Shown: positions 41,135 to 53,900 of the stretch, piece by piece
Numbering within the stretch: position 1 is the first letter of the stretch
How the letters are laid out: every line of letters begins with the position of its first letter
NCBI GenBank assembly: GCA_000165425.1
Contig: CT868666.1
Span: 62,001 to 126,000 of the forward strand
Length of the DNA stretch: 64,000 bases
From: Paramecium tetraurelia
Lineage: Eukaryota
Direction: 5' to 3'
Notes under the pieces: generated by a model
Databases searched by the model: none
Seen by the model: the letters and a program-made list of their open reading frames with translations, nothing else
What the model was told of the DNA's origin: nothing
Made by a program: the position numbers and the translations under genes

Positions 41135-41350
41135 TTAACCTCATTTATTGACTCAAATGTAATTAAATATTTATAATAATATCTATGTATCATCTTCATT
41201 TTAGAGATGTTAAACACATGACTCTGCCTAGTTATTGCTAGAAGCATGAAATTATGAAACAATTATTTCAATATTTTATTGTATCTTTTTAATCATTTCA
41301 ATTAATAAAAGAATTTAAGCAAGCATTATAATTTATAAAAAACGAATTCA

Positions 41351-42592
41351 ATGGCATATTAAAAAATTGTTTTAATAGCTCTGATTTGTGTTGTCACATG
41401 TACAAGGATTGAAAAGTAATATATGAATATGAGATAAGTAATTAAGGGGTGATGGATTAATATGTGAATACAGGTGTTTAATAGTAGATAGAGGAATTAA
41501 CATAATCAAAGATTGGACATTTTGTGGTAGATTTGGCTGAAGTTTCAATGAGAGTAACAGGAGCTATTGATTCACTAAGAGATGGTGTTAAAGCATTTGG
41601 AAGATAAATTGAAGAGAGATTGAAATTAGAAAATACATAATGGGAAGCAGTTGAAGGTGAACATAATGCCAAAGTTATATCACTTAGTTCATAAGCTAAT
41701 TAAGCTGAATTTGATATCAATAGAGAAAAGAAAGTATTGAATTCTGAATTGATTCCTAGACTTCATGAATTAGATGATGTATATTATTATTATTATTATT
41801 ATTATATTTATAGATATTATTAGGACTTAAAGCTAAATAAACAGATAATACTTAATCATTTAAAGAAGCTGAAGCTGCAAGAAATACATAAAATTAATCA
41901 TTTCAATTAACAACTACTGAATTTACAGATGCACTTAGAAATATAGATGAAGCATTAGATTTATTAACTGATTTATTTAAATCTGGTGATGTAAGAGCTG
42001 CTTTTATTCAAATTACAGATGAATAAAAACATAAAATCAATAAATCATTGAAATAAGTTAAATCTAATACTGAAAACTTTGGACATTAATATTCATCATT
42101 CATTTAAGCATTAACTAATTTAACTGAAAGATTTGATTTCAAAGATAGATAAGTTTTAAACGAAATCTGTGATTTCTTAAATAGTTTAAGATTGAATATA
42201 TTTGATGCTTTAACCAAAGCTTATAAAGATGAAGACAGTTAAAAATATTAACATTCCTTAAGAACATAATAATTAACAGCTGAAAAAACAGTCTTTGATT
42301 AATAATATGCTGATTTCTATTAAGAAAGAGAAGATAAAACTGTTAGAATCTCTGATGTCTAAACCATGATATCAACCAGATAAGCTGATCTTAAAGCCTA
42401 TTAAGATAGATTAAGAACTCAAAATAATAACTATTCAGCCAATCTTAAAATACATGATGATATTGTGGTAATCATCTATCATATTCATAGGCTTCTGTTC
42501 AATAAGAATTAGCTGTACTAGCTAAAGCATTATAACTTGTTTAAACACCACCATTCTTAGATTTCTTAAATGCAAGAATAACAAAAGCATGA
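41351..42592 (+). CDS. Trichocyst matrix protein precursor, copy B (386 aa)
   Basis: MAYQKIVLIALICVVTCTRIE..., protein identical to copy A from VTC onward; introns at 41416-41438, 41779-41813 and 42468-42490. Confidence 0.85.
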
Positions 42593-42595
42593 GTT
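41391..42595 (+). repeat. Right arm of the ~1.2-kb inverted repeat (partner 21063-22268)
   Basis: Direct comparison with the reverse complement of the left arm. Confidence 0.95.
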
Positions 42596-42657
42596 AATAA
42601 TAATTGATATCAAACTGCTATAAAATAAATGTTTTAGAGTCAATAATTTAACTATGA

Positions 42658-45600
42658 TCATACTAGCTCTGTTAAGATTTGATTAAATTTTTGAAGAATC
42701 TCTCTATTCTTTTTAATATTGGATTCTTCTTTTGTGATCCTCGTTTCCATTTATTTGGCTGTTTAAATGACCTCTTATGGGATACCAGCTTTCAATGCTA
42801 CATTGGTAGAAAAACTCCTTTCAGCAACCCCTTCAACTAATTTGTATCTAAAGATAAGTTAATCCTTATTCTAATAATATAGCATAACACACTGGTTGAT
42901 ATTCTTAAACAATTCAAATTCATCCAACAAGATGTGATAATGTGTAGCAAATATAGTCAAGGGTTTGATTTTTTCTTATAAATATCTTAGAACTGCAGAA
43001 GCCAGAGCTATACCATCATATGTTGAGGTTCCTCTTCCTAATTCGTCTATTATAACAAAACTTTTAGAGGTGGAATGATCTAGTATTGTCTTGGTTTCCT
43101 CGAGCTCTATGAAAAAGGTGGATTTTCCCTCTAATAATCTATCTGTAGCTCCAAGTCTACAGAAGATCCTATCAAAAGGAGTTAAAGAAAATGAATTTGC
43201 TGGCACTGCACATCCAATTTATGCTAAAATGATAGAAACTCCAATTAATCTTAACAAAGTAGACTTGCCACTCATGTTTGGACCTGTTAATAAGAGAGTA
43301 TCAATAGAATCACTAAATTTGATTGTGTTTGGCACCCATTCTATGCTTGTATCTTTTAGTAAACATGGATGATATGCTTCAACCAGTTTAAATTCTCTCT
43401 CATCAGAATCTTTATTTATTTTTGGAAAACAGGAAGCCATCTTCTACTCCTTTGATACTATTGCTAAAGAAATTCTAAAGGATATATAAATAAACTTACA
43501 GACAATCAGCTTCAGAGAGAAATGATATTAATTAAAGGAATTCTTTCCTATAAGAATAGAATTTTGTAAAATATTCATTTATAAAGGGAAGTAACTTTTA
43601 GGAGAGTTCGTGTTCTGCTAATTTTAATTAATGTAGTTATTCTTCTATAAATGGAGTCTAAAACCTTTCATATTCTGGCGTTTTTGAAGTGATTATTAAT
43701 TCTTTATGTTTCTATTTATTCGACAATTAATTTTCAGGTATTTACATTTGATATCGTATTTTTGAATGGTAGTAAATGATATCAGGACATTTTAATTTAC
43801 TTTTCCACTTTTCAAGTTCATCTTAAAGTGAATCTGTGATGTCTGTTATTTTAGTCAAAGTCTCATCATATTCTGAACTGGCTCCTTAAATTGGTTTTGG
43901 TTCATTATCCTCCATATTCAGACATTTTTCTAATTCATTGAGTGATTATTTTAAAATTTAAGTATTCTATTTATAATTAAAGATGTCCTACAATTTTTAA
44001 GACTTAAAATTATTGTTATCTTGATCAAATATCTTAAATGCCTCTGCAGCTTATCTAACATTACTCAATACATTCTTAATTTCCTTCAATTTAGTTTTGC
44101 CACAAGATGGTACAGCTTTTAATTTGTGAGAATGAATTGTATTGAAACATCTAATGATTGCACGCTCTAGATCTGGTAATGAACTAATCTTCTTCTGGAA
44201 TTCATAACATTAAGGTAGAAAATTACAAAGTTCTTTAACACATTGTTATCTTTCAATAATCGAATTATAGTTTTATAATGGACTCTAAACCCATTTAGTG
44301 AGGAGTCTCTTACCAGGATAAGTAGAGCATCGATCCAAATAACTAAATAAACTGTCTGAATTGGTCACTTTTGTTTTAAGATTTACATCAAAGATTTCTA
44401 AACTTTCTAATGTTTATGCATCTAAATAAAGGTGAGCGCTACGGATCATATTTGAATCTAGGAAATTGAACTTCCCTCTTCTGTAAACTGAATTACTAAT
44501 TAGAAGTTATCTCAGATAACTTAACAGGATATAGAAAGATTGGAGAACGTAATAATAAGAATAAAAGTTAGATTCATTATCTTCCTAGTTTGATGACTTT
44601 TTTTCATGATTAAACTGAGTCTCCAATTCTATTAAGAGTGTAGGATAATCCTAACTCAATTAATAATTCTCAGCACATTATTCTTCTCGAATCTCTTATT
44701 TTGATATTTAATTGATATTCATTTTTTATTCAGATTGATTTTTTTGAACAGGTAAAGCTAGGTCATCTAATTATTTTGATTTATGATTAGTTTGTTTGTT
44801 GTGTAATTCCAAATATTCAATTTTTAATTGATGAAATATAAACTAACAATCACTGAAGGGTAATTAGGAAATGACAACAGTAGGGTGACAAATATTTCTA
44901 TATTATATGTTGATTATATGTATACTTGATAATCCGTTCAATCTCATATGGAATACTACATAAGATGACTTCGACAGGTTTAGTATTATAAATAACAGAT
45001 TTTAGATGATTGGATTATGCATCATCATAGAATTAATCAAAAGAAAATTGGTTAGTAGTGCAATCAACAATTGAGACTCCGTATATGTAAGAGTGGCCTT
45101 TCGAATTAGCTGGTGCATTTGAAAACACCAATACTAATAGATTCCTTTATTCATATGAATCTGTGTCTCCTAACTCTTGTAGAGTGCCTCTAGTTATCAT
45201 TTAAGTGATTTCTCTTCTAATTATTTCTCCATCCTCTTTGTTAGTCTTATCTGAAAACTCCTATTGATCAATCATCATGATTTTGTATCCTTTTTCTAAC
45301 AAAGCCCTCTAATATATTGGCAATTGATTATCATAGATAGTTAAACAAGGTGTATCTTTTCCCCAGAATCCTAGATAACGATTGAACATTTAAGCAATGA
45401 CAATAGCATCATTATAAAGCACAGCTATCCAACTACCACATCTAAAGAATGCAATGAATTCAAAATTATTCTTCTTTACATTCCAATATTACTTGAATAT
45501 TGGTGACAATTTTTCATATTCATAATTTGAAATGTATAGAGTCGAAGGATTGTAATTTGGTTCATTCGGTCTTCTCCCTTTAGAATCTCGAATATTTTCA

Positions 45601-45965
45601 GGTTGCAGGAATGTTGGTAATGTTTGTAGAGCCAATTTAAAATACTCTTTATCTCTTTTTGTTGGTTATTACTCCTTTTAATGTAATTTTTATTCTTATT
45701 ATTCAGACTTTTTAGGTTGTTTACTTTACTTTGCTCCCTTAGATTTCTATCTACGATTAGACTTGTCTTGCTTATCATCTTCAATTTTATGTTAAGAAGA
45801 AGGTTATTCTTTTGATGCTTCAGGAGTGTTATCATTATGATTATCATCGTCATCTTTTTTTGCTCTGCTTGTTGATCTATTTCTCTTAGTTGATTTATTC
45901 CTCTTTTGCTCCTTGGATATCTCGAAGAGCATGTCATCATTATCTGCATCTTCATTCTTACGCAT
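42658..45965 (-). CDS. MSH6: MutS-family MSH6-like protein with a divergent mismatch-binding domain
   Basis: MSH6-type IRDSKGRRPNEPNYNPSTLYI...QYW, Walker A TGPNMSGKSTLLR, DRIFCRLGATD, STFFIEL, Walker B IIDELGRGTSTYDG and FATHYH. Confidence 0.85.
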
Positions 45966-46025
45966 TTTGATTTGCTACGAAAATATTTCTTTAATTTAAT
46001 TTTAAATTTTTTGTCTCCATCCTTA

Positions 46026-46509
46026 ATGTCATCAGAGAGTAATAAAAAGCCTATAGTAATAATCCCACAACCTAACATGAATATTCGCAGATTGGAGATT
46101 GAATAAGTGGATTAGAGTGATGAATTAGAAGCTTCATCAGAAAAAATCTCAGAATAGCAATCAGATGATCCCTTTTTAAATTTTGTTGCCTCTTATTCAC
46201 TCTTCACCAATAATTCAGAGGATACTTAATTAGATCTCTGTTAAGTTCTGTAGCAACTCAATGATAAGATTTCAATCATGAAACCACCATCGAATCACTT
46301 ACTAGACTTTCATTAGTAATTATAAATTAAAGAAAATCAAATAAATGAATTAGCAGATACTCTCAAATAATTACCAGATTCCAAACTCTTCTCTTGTATT
46401 CAAGATGTTGAGAAGTAAAACTATCCTCACCTTATCTAGACTCTATTATAGACTATCCGTTGATTTTCAAGAGGAATTAAGAACTGCATAAAAACTAAGA
46501 ATTGTTTGA
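46026..46509 (+). CDS. Possible LIN52-like protein (MuvB/DREAM subunit)
   Basis: After removing a 25-nt intron the C-terminus reads LKQLPDSKLFSCIQDVEKLYYRLSVDFQEELRTAQKLRIV. This resembles the LIN52 helix pattern L..L.......V..L....Y.L......E......L.I (inference). Confidence 0.5.
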
Positions 46510-46840
46510 TCTATTCTATATAACCATTAATATTTATGTTAAAATATTTAGCTTTATTTACATTGTGAAATTTCAATTTCTTCCTAATCTAAATCAATTA
46601 CGTTCATTTCATTTTGTTCTCTCCTTCTACTCCTATAATTTAGGTAGCATTGAATTTCTCCTTCTCCTATTCACAATTAAGAAGAATCATGAAATTCTCT
46701 TCGTTTTTTGATTGAATATCATCTCATTTGAAAGAGCAGGAGTTATTTATAATGATATTTGAAATTATTGGCTAACAGGAAGTGCAATAAAACGATTCAG
46801 TAAAATTAATACTATGTATAAGAAGATAATGAATATATAA

Positions 46841-47095
46841 TCATGAGGATTAGGGTATTAGTTGCCTACTATTTGGATTGGTAATCGGACTCTGAGACTA
46901 TCTTTTAGAATAAAGGGAATTTTAAGTGGCAGGCACCAAAACTGGTACTTCCACTATTTTATTCTGGTTGTAGTCAAAAATTCTAACAGTTTTCGACTTA
47001 TCAATTTTATTAGTATTTGAAGTGTATTTCCCTTCATTGTGTTTATTCTTTTGATTTTTATTCAGTTTATTAATTGAACTTTGACAGATTCCCAT
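46841..47095 (-). CDS. Small protein with an N-terminal myristoylation/palmitoylation motif (84 aa)
   Basis: MGICQSS...VEVPVLVPATQNSLYSKR...-TGA; intronless. Confidence 0.6.
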
Positions 47096-47177
47096 TTTTT
47101 ATAAGAGTGATTTTAAAAAACTAATAAATTAATATATTAAAACATAAATATCAAAACTAAATAGTGAGGACTGAATA

Positions 47178-47571
47178 TCAAATTGCTGTCAAAGAATTTG
47201 ATCTTTATCTTGATATTGTTTTTTTTTAATTTGGATTTTGTATTGCACTTTTGATCCTTTGCCGACTGTGAGTAGTGCTGCAAGAAGGCATTCTTTTTAA
47301 AGGACTAATGCAAGTCGAATTTCGAGGTGATTCTTAATCTAAATGGATAAAAACCATCTGAAAACCTTTTAGTAATTCTAAAATGCGATGCTACAACAAA
47401 CACTAGGTTTCACAATTGGCAATAGAAGCTCTCAGCACGAAATCATTTTGTATCAACATATCTTGTTTGAGTAAGTAAGTTACCTTTGATCATCCCCTTT
47501 TGTTCATAGGTAATCAAATTCTTCTGATACAAAGAGTACAGTGCATACAACACCTCGGTTTCAATCGCCAT
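47178..47571 (-). CDS. Small hypothetical protein
   Basis: MAIETEVLYALYSLYQKNLITYEQKGMIK[intron]DMLIQ...[intron]...RQRSNSLTAI-TGA. Confidence 0.6.
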
Positions 47572-47657
47572 ATGTATTAATTTATTATAATATATATTAA
47601 ATGCCCCAGATGAGTCATAATTATAAGCTAATACTTTAAATTCTATATTATTATAAA

Positions 47658-49251
47658 ATGGAAGGATTGCTTAATTGTCAAATCGGTTTCTCGACCTAAA
47701 AGTACTATTTCATTCTTCACGACTCTGTGCTGTTGTATTGTAAGAAGAAGGGAAATCGTGTGATTGGATAAATACATTTGTCAATTGCCAAAGTCGAGAA
47801 GAGAGAGTGTTAAATCAATATAACTACAGGAATTGAAAAGTTAATATTATTGTTCGAAAATAACTTCGAGAAGGATGTTTGGTTTGATTGCATCTAAAAG
47901 TAGAATCAGAAATTGCATTTGGAAGATGAATTAGAGAAAGTAAGATCATTACAATATCAATTCGAAAGCACCCTTAAATTTGTGAATAAAACTATTGAGT
48001 AAAATCCAAATCTAAATTCATATTCTGAAAGATTGTAATCCTATGGATCAACCTTCATTGGTATTAATAAAATTGATATTTAGATAAATTAAGCGAAATC
48101 GTAGATCTACTCTATTAATCAGCATAACCAGAATTTCAAAGTTGTCAATCTATAAACTCAATACACACTCAGAGTTTGAAACCAGCACCATAAATCAAAA
48201 AATCATAGAAACTCAAATAACAACAGTACAATGTATGGGGCACTGTAAAACATCAAATTCTTAATAACAACATTTATCAAATGAAATTACCAAGTATACT
48301 CTCATATACATATTTAGTCTACCTCCATTAACCATCAACCATGTTGTAATAAGTAGCTACTCAAATGAAATACATATCAATTTTAGATAGAGCAAGTTCA
48401 ATCAGAGATCCGGATTTCAAAATTGCCTTGATCTTTGGATTTCTTATATCCTAATATTCTGCTATTCCAAAATTATTGCCTCTTCCTTCCAAGATCAATG
48501 AAACCTTTGAAATTGTAGATACCTACAAGTATTTGTCATAACAAATCAATGAAAATGCAATTGCCTTCTTTGCCACATCTCCAAGTCTTGATTACAATGG
48601 ATAAATAGAATATAAGTTCTCATTTGACAATTTGATCCTCGATATTAATTTGGTCAAATCCTTGTTTATTTCTTTTAAGAAAAATCTAGACACTTATAAA
48701 ATCTATTCAACCAATCATCTTATTTCGGTTAAGAATTTAGTAACTCAAAAACCTGAAATCGTAATTGAAGGCAATTTTATAATCGACTTTAAAGGAACCA
48801 AACATGAAATCGAAATCAGATCCAATTAAATTAAGGCAATTGTTGGGTAATTCTCTATCTCTGGTACGACTGATAAAGTATTATTTAATTTTAAAAAGAT
48901 TAAAGCTAATTGCTAATAACTATTATAACGAAGAGTTGATATTGTTTTAAAAAGATGAGAAAGAATTTGAATTCAATAAACACAACCCATTGTTGCCTCC
49001 CTCAGATAGCAGATTTCGACCTGACTTGATTTCTATGCTTGAGGGTATTATTTATTTACTAAACAAGGAAATTACTATGAAGCTTAATAGGAAAAAGATA
49101 AAATGCTTTTTGAAGGCGAATTTCAATAGTCATGGTTTAATCCAGTATAAGCAGATTAAATTATGTATACTATCAATATGTTATATTAAGAAATTCAAAT
49201 GAAAAGAGATATGATTACAAAGGAGGATACTTTACTTAATCTATCCAATGA
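47658..49251 (+). CDS. PH-domain oxysterol-binding-protein-related protein (divergent ORD)
   Basis: N-terminal PH domain (YYFILHDSVLLY...GQIHLSIA...KDVWFDCI) and ORD motifs QPSTMLQ, NETFE, LPPSDSRFRPD and YKGGYF. Confidence 0.8.
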
Positions 49252-50062
49252 ATAGTTTTATTATTGTATTCACATTAATTACATAATTTATTATATTCAA
49301 TTATCAAATCATTTAAACATACTATTATAAGAAGGATATACATTATTAATATACAATTAAAAAAATCTCTTTTTTAATGCTTCTACATTTTTTAATAGAT
49401 ATTAATAAACTATTCTATTAACAAAAGTATGATCATTTTAACTTTAACTAACAAGGATATAAAATATTTTCATTCTCTTAAATCCTTACAATAATTTTAT
49501 CCCGTAAATATTTATAATATTTAACTGAGAATGCGTCAACTCTATCATAATATAATCTAATTAAAGTAAAAGGAACATTATTAAACGGTAAGACAATATC
49601 ATAATTCAATTAGATTGAATTACTGTACCTTTCTAAGTATACCACCAGATTTATTAATTAGGTAGTATGATATTATGATGATGGTTAAAGCTCTAGAGTA
49701 ATGATTGGTGTATATATTAACATATTGAGGATATTTGGATATAAAATCAAAGAAAACAATGGATTCTTTTATATATTTATTATTTTAGGTTTTATATAGA
49801 TGAGTCTAAGGAGGCTCATTCTAATAGAAATATTTCTAAATAATCTAATAGACGATGATGGAAATAATATTACATTGATATCAGATACTTGTAAAATTGA
49901 ATATTAAGTAAAAATTTGTTGAAATTTTTAATTTTTATTATGATCTAAAAACTAAAGCTTGGATAGGAATTTATGATAAAGATTTATCTTCTAGGGGAGT
50001 AAATGCAAATGCACTTACTTTAATTATTATTTTATATAAATTATTTTAAATATATATATTAA

Positions 50063-50278
50063 ATGTCAAGAGAAAGAGGATTATCAGATTAATTTAATAA
50101 TGATAGAGATAAGATAAGATAATTAGAATCTAACTTGACAGCCTAATATGAAAAGTTATTTGGTCTTGACAACAATTAAGAAATCAACCAATAATAAGAA
50201 AAACCTAATTAGGATTAACCACTTGATTTTTTGAATCAACTTATTGAATCATAACCTAAAAGGAAGTAGAGTTTCTGA
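50063..50278 (+). CDS. Short hypothetical protein (71 aa)
   Basis: MSRERGLSDQFNNDRDKIRQLESNL...PKRKQSF-TGA, preceded by an AT-rich leader. Confidence 0.4.
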
Positions 50279-50951
50279 TGATTATCAATTTAATTTATTA
50301 TTTATTTGATAGTGCATGGCGATTATGTTAAATCAAATACAGAGCATTCTGTATAATTGTTCATTAATTAAACATTTTCTAATTCTTTATAAACTATTTG
50401 TGATAATTAAGTTAAGCCTATAATTCTGAAGAATGATGTGATGTTGCTCTTCAAATTATCAGTTTGTTGTTTAAAATTAGTAATTACAAGTCAATTCTTC
50501 AGCTGATGAATCTCCAATAGATCGAATTATTTACATGATTTCAATATTGATAGAAAATTAATGCCTCTAAAATGATCTGAATTTTTATATTAAATTTAGA
50601 ACATAATTTTTAATTACTCCAAAATTGTAGTTCTTATTGATTTCGATCAAAAATGTTGTTTTCCTCCATTTTTATTTATTTATAAAAATAAAAACTGTTA
50701 AATATGCATTCACTCTTAAAAATTTGTTTATCAACATCTAAGATAAAAATTTTAATGAGTATTATTTAAAAATAATTAAATTCTTAAGTTCCAAATCTAA
50801 AAAAAATATATATTAATAATATTGAGGTTTTAGTATAATAAACTTTCCTTATAGTAATATAGTAATATTAAGGAGTTGAATGAAATATATCCTAAACTAA
50901 ATTACTGGAATACCTTTTCTTAATTAGTTGATATTTAATTAATAAATTCAA

Positions 50952-53900
50952 ATGAATTTTTAAGACCAACGATTAAATTTCGAGGACGAGATTTTAACCA
51001 TAAAAGATTATAGATAAACTTGTGGAGACAAACTACTATTTGTTAAGATTTATTCATTAATGAAAGTGAGAGCCTATGAATATGATAGATTGCATAGGAG
51101 CATTAGTTGAAAGAGGAAGAAATCGAGGAGTACGAGGAGTAGACCCCATCGGAAGCACTTTTTTGGCAATTCTATTAATTTTAAAGCGATCAGTACGGAT
51201 TGATGAAACAGCTCATCCTATTCTTCTGGAGTAAGGATTGTTTATGATTTAAAGAACGGTTGACAGTAATTTTCTTGATTCAAATTGTTTAACTCTCTGT
51301 TTAATTAGTGATGCCATTTGTTATTAGACAAGTACTTACTTATGTGCAGAAGGAGGAGAAGAGCATGATGGATGGTTTGATTATGATTGGGGTTATATTA
51401 ATCCTGAAAGTAGTGAGCTTACTTTCAGCTACCCATTTGAAATTGTAGATGGTAATAAAATTAAGATCAATAGAGACTGGTTGGATATGATGCAATGTCA
51501 ATATTAAGTCTAAAGATTATGAGTAAATGTCTAAGAATATCGATGTTAAGCAATACATAACGTACGATTGGTGAAATAACCAATTTGATGCAAGTCGATG
51601 CATAAAAGATAATAACAGCCGTCAATAACCTTATGAATATCATCATAATGCCAATTTAGACAAGTATGGAATCTGTGCAATGTATTTAGTTATTACTTTG
51701 ATTTTTATCTATTAATAAATTGGGATTTCTGTGTTGGTTGGAATTGCTATAATTATATTAACATTGGTAATAAACAATTATTTGGGAAGACACATATTAA
51801 CAACTTAAAAACAAGTGTTATTGAGTAAAGATAATAGAATCAAATAAACAAATGAAGTATTTTAATAAATTAAATTTATAAAAATAAATTCATATGAATC
51901 AATATTTAAATCGAAAATAGAATAATTAAGAGAAGTGGAAAGAAAATGTATTGATAAAAGATTAGAGTGTTATTCATTGAATGTATTTTTTGGTTGGTTA
52001 TCACCTCAATTAATATTAAGTTTAAGTTTTGGACTATATATATATTTGGGAAATTAATTGACTCCAGCTAAAGTATTCCCCATAATAAGTCTTTTGTTGA
52101 TGTTGGCAGCCAATTTATAGCTCTTCCCAATATCAATTAATGCTCTACTAGAAATATCATTATCATTAAAAAGGTTGAGTAATTTTTTTGAAACTCAAGA
52201 AATAATGGATGAATGCATTTCCTAATGTGATGATATGGAATTTTCTATTCAAATCTAAAACGGTAACTTTAGTTGGAATAAAGATTAATAAAAGATATTA
52301 AAGAATGTGTCATTCAATATCAAGAAAGGAGCATTTATTTCTATTATAGGTGATGTAGGATCAGGCAAATCTTCATTTATTTAGGGTTTACTTGGAGAAA
52401 TGGTGTATGATTTAAATGAAAAAAGTCCAAAAATTTTAATTTCTGGTACATTAGCATATGTTGGATAAAGAGCCTGGATTCAAAATGGAAGTGTAAGAGA
52501 CAATATCACCTTTGGAAGACAATTCAATCAAGATTCATATAATCAAGCAATATATTATTCATGTTTATCACAGGATTTAGATATTTTAATCGACGGAGAT
52601 CTAACAATGATTGGTGAAAAAGGCATAAATTTGTCAGGTGGATAAAAAGCAAGAATCAGTTTAGCAAGAGCTATTTATAGTGGAGCCTAAATTCTGTTGC
52701 TAGATGATCCGTTAAGTGCTTTGGATGTACATGTTGGAAACTTTATTATGAAGGAATGTTTTCTTAAGCATTTATCATCCAAAACAAGAGTGTTATCCAC
52801 TCATGCATTGAATTACTCTCAATATACTGACTATATTTATTTACTTTAAAATGGTGAAATTATAGATTAAGGGAACTTCGAAAAAATCTCACAGAGCACT
52901 AAATTCAAAGAGATCGAGTAAAATAATATTATACAATCTAATCATGTAAAATGTTTATAATTAGATGCAAAGAAGAATAATGAATCTAAACAAACAATAC
53001 AACCAATATTAGCCAAAAGAAACAAAGCAATAACCGAAGATATTATTTTGAAAGAAGATCGATAAATAGGAGAAGTTGATTTTGAGGTCTATCAGAAGTA
53101 TTTTATGTATAATGGAGGTCTTAAGAATTATTCAGTGCTAATCCTAATTATGATTTTATGGATTATTTCATAACTCATTTCTAATTTCTGGATTGCTAAA
53201 TGGGCATCAGACACTAATAGTTAAGATCATAATAGTTATGTCTATTTAAGTGTATACTTTTTACTTGGTGTTTTTTAATCCTTATTCGCTTATGCTAGGG
53301 CAGTTTCTGTTGTCAATTCAAGTCTTAAATCAGCATCAAGAATACATAACGAAATAATTGAATCATTGCTAAAAGCTCCATAATGCGAATTCTTTGAAAG
53401 AATCCCAATCGGTAGAATCATGAATAGGTTAACCAAGGATATAAACTCACTTGACATTGATATTAACATCAATATCTCCTTATTTTCTACTAAATTAAGT
53501 TAAATCATTAGTGCCACCCTACTTGCCATTATAACAAGTACTAAATTAATCGTAGCACCTTTTATAATATTCTTTTATTTAAGTTTGAAAATCAAGAATA
53601 TATACATGCAAGCTAGCCGAGAGTTATAAAGACTTGAATTAATTACTAAGAGTCCAATCCTCAGTTATTTTGTTGAATCTTTACAAGGATTAACTATTAT
53701 TAGAGCTTATTAAAAGTCAAATGTATTCCTGACAACTTTCAGCTAAAAGCTCGATTAAAATAGATAAATTATTTATGTTTCAACTGTCGCTAACTGTTGG
53801 TTTACTTAAGTGTTGGGCTTCTCAAGTTTGATCGTTAACATGACAGCTATCACTTATTGTGTTCTTTACCAAAATAATGCATCCTTTATTGGGTTGATTT

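Noticed and set aside
21063..42595. Inverted repeats as terminal inverted repeats of a 21-kb transposon
   Set aside because: The arms are intron-containing TMP coding regions. There is no transposase inside, no evident target-site duplication, and the interior holds housekeeping genes.
45476..46078. 200-aa ORF-track protein as the MSH6 N-terminus
   Set aside because: It is in the wrong frame. The MSH6 frame starts at ATG 45965 and contains TAA/TAG Gln codons.
49300..50700. Additional gene fragments in the AT-rich gap (about 49570-49880 + and 50300-50669 -)
   Set aside because: No continuous frame or identifiable family could be supported by eye.
50952..51700. Apparent frameshifts in the 5' part of the ABC transporter
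   Set aside because: All are resolved by four 22-26-nt GT-AG introns, so the gene appears intact.
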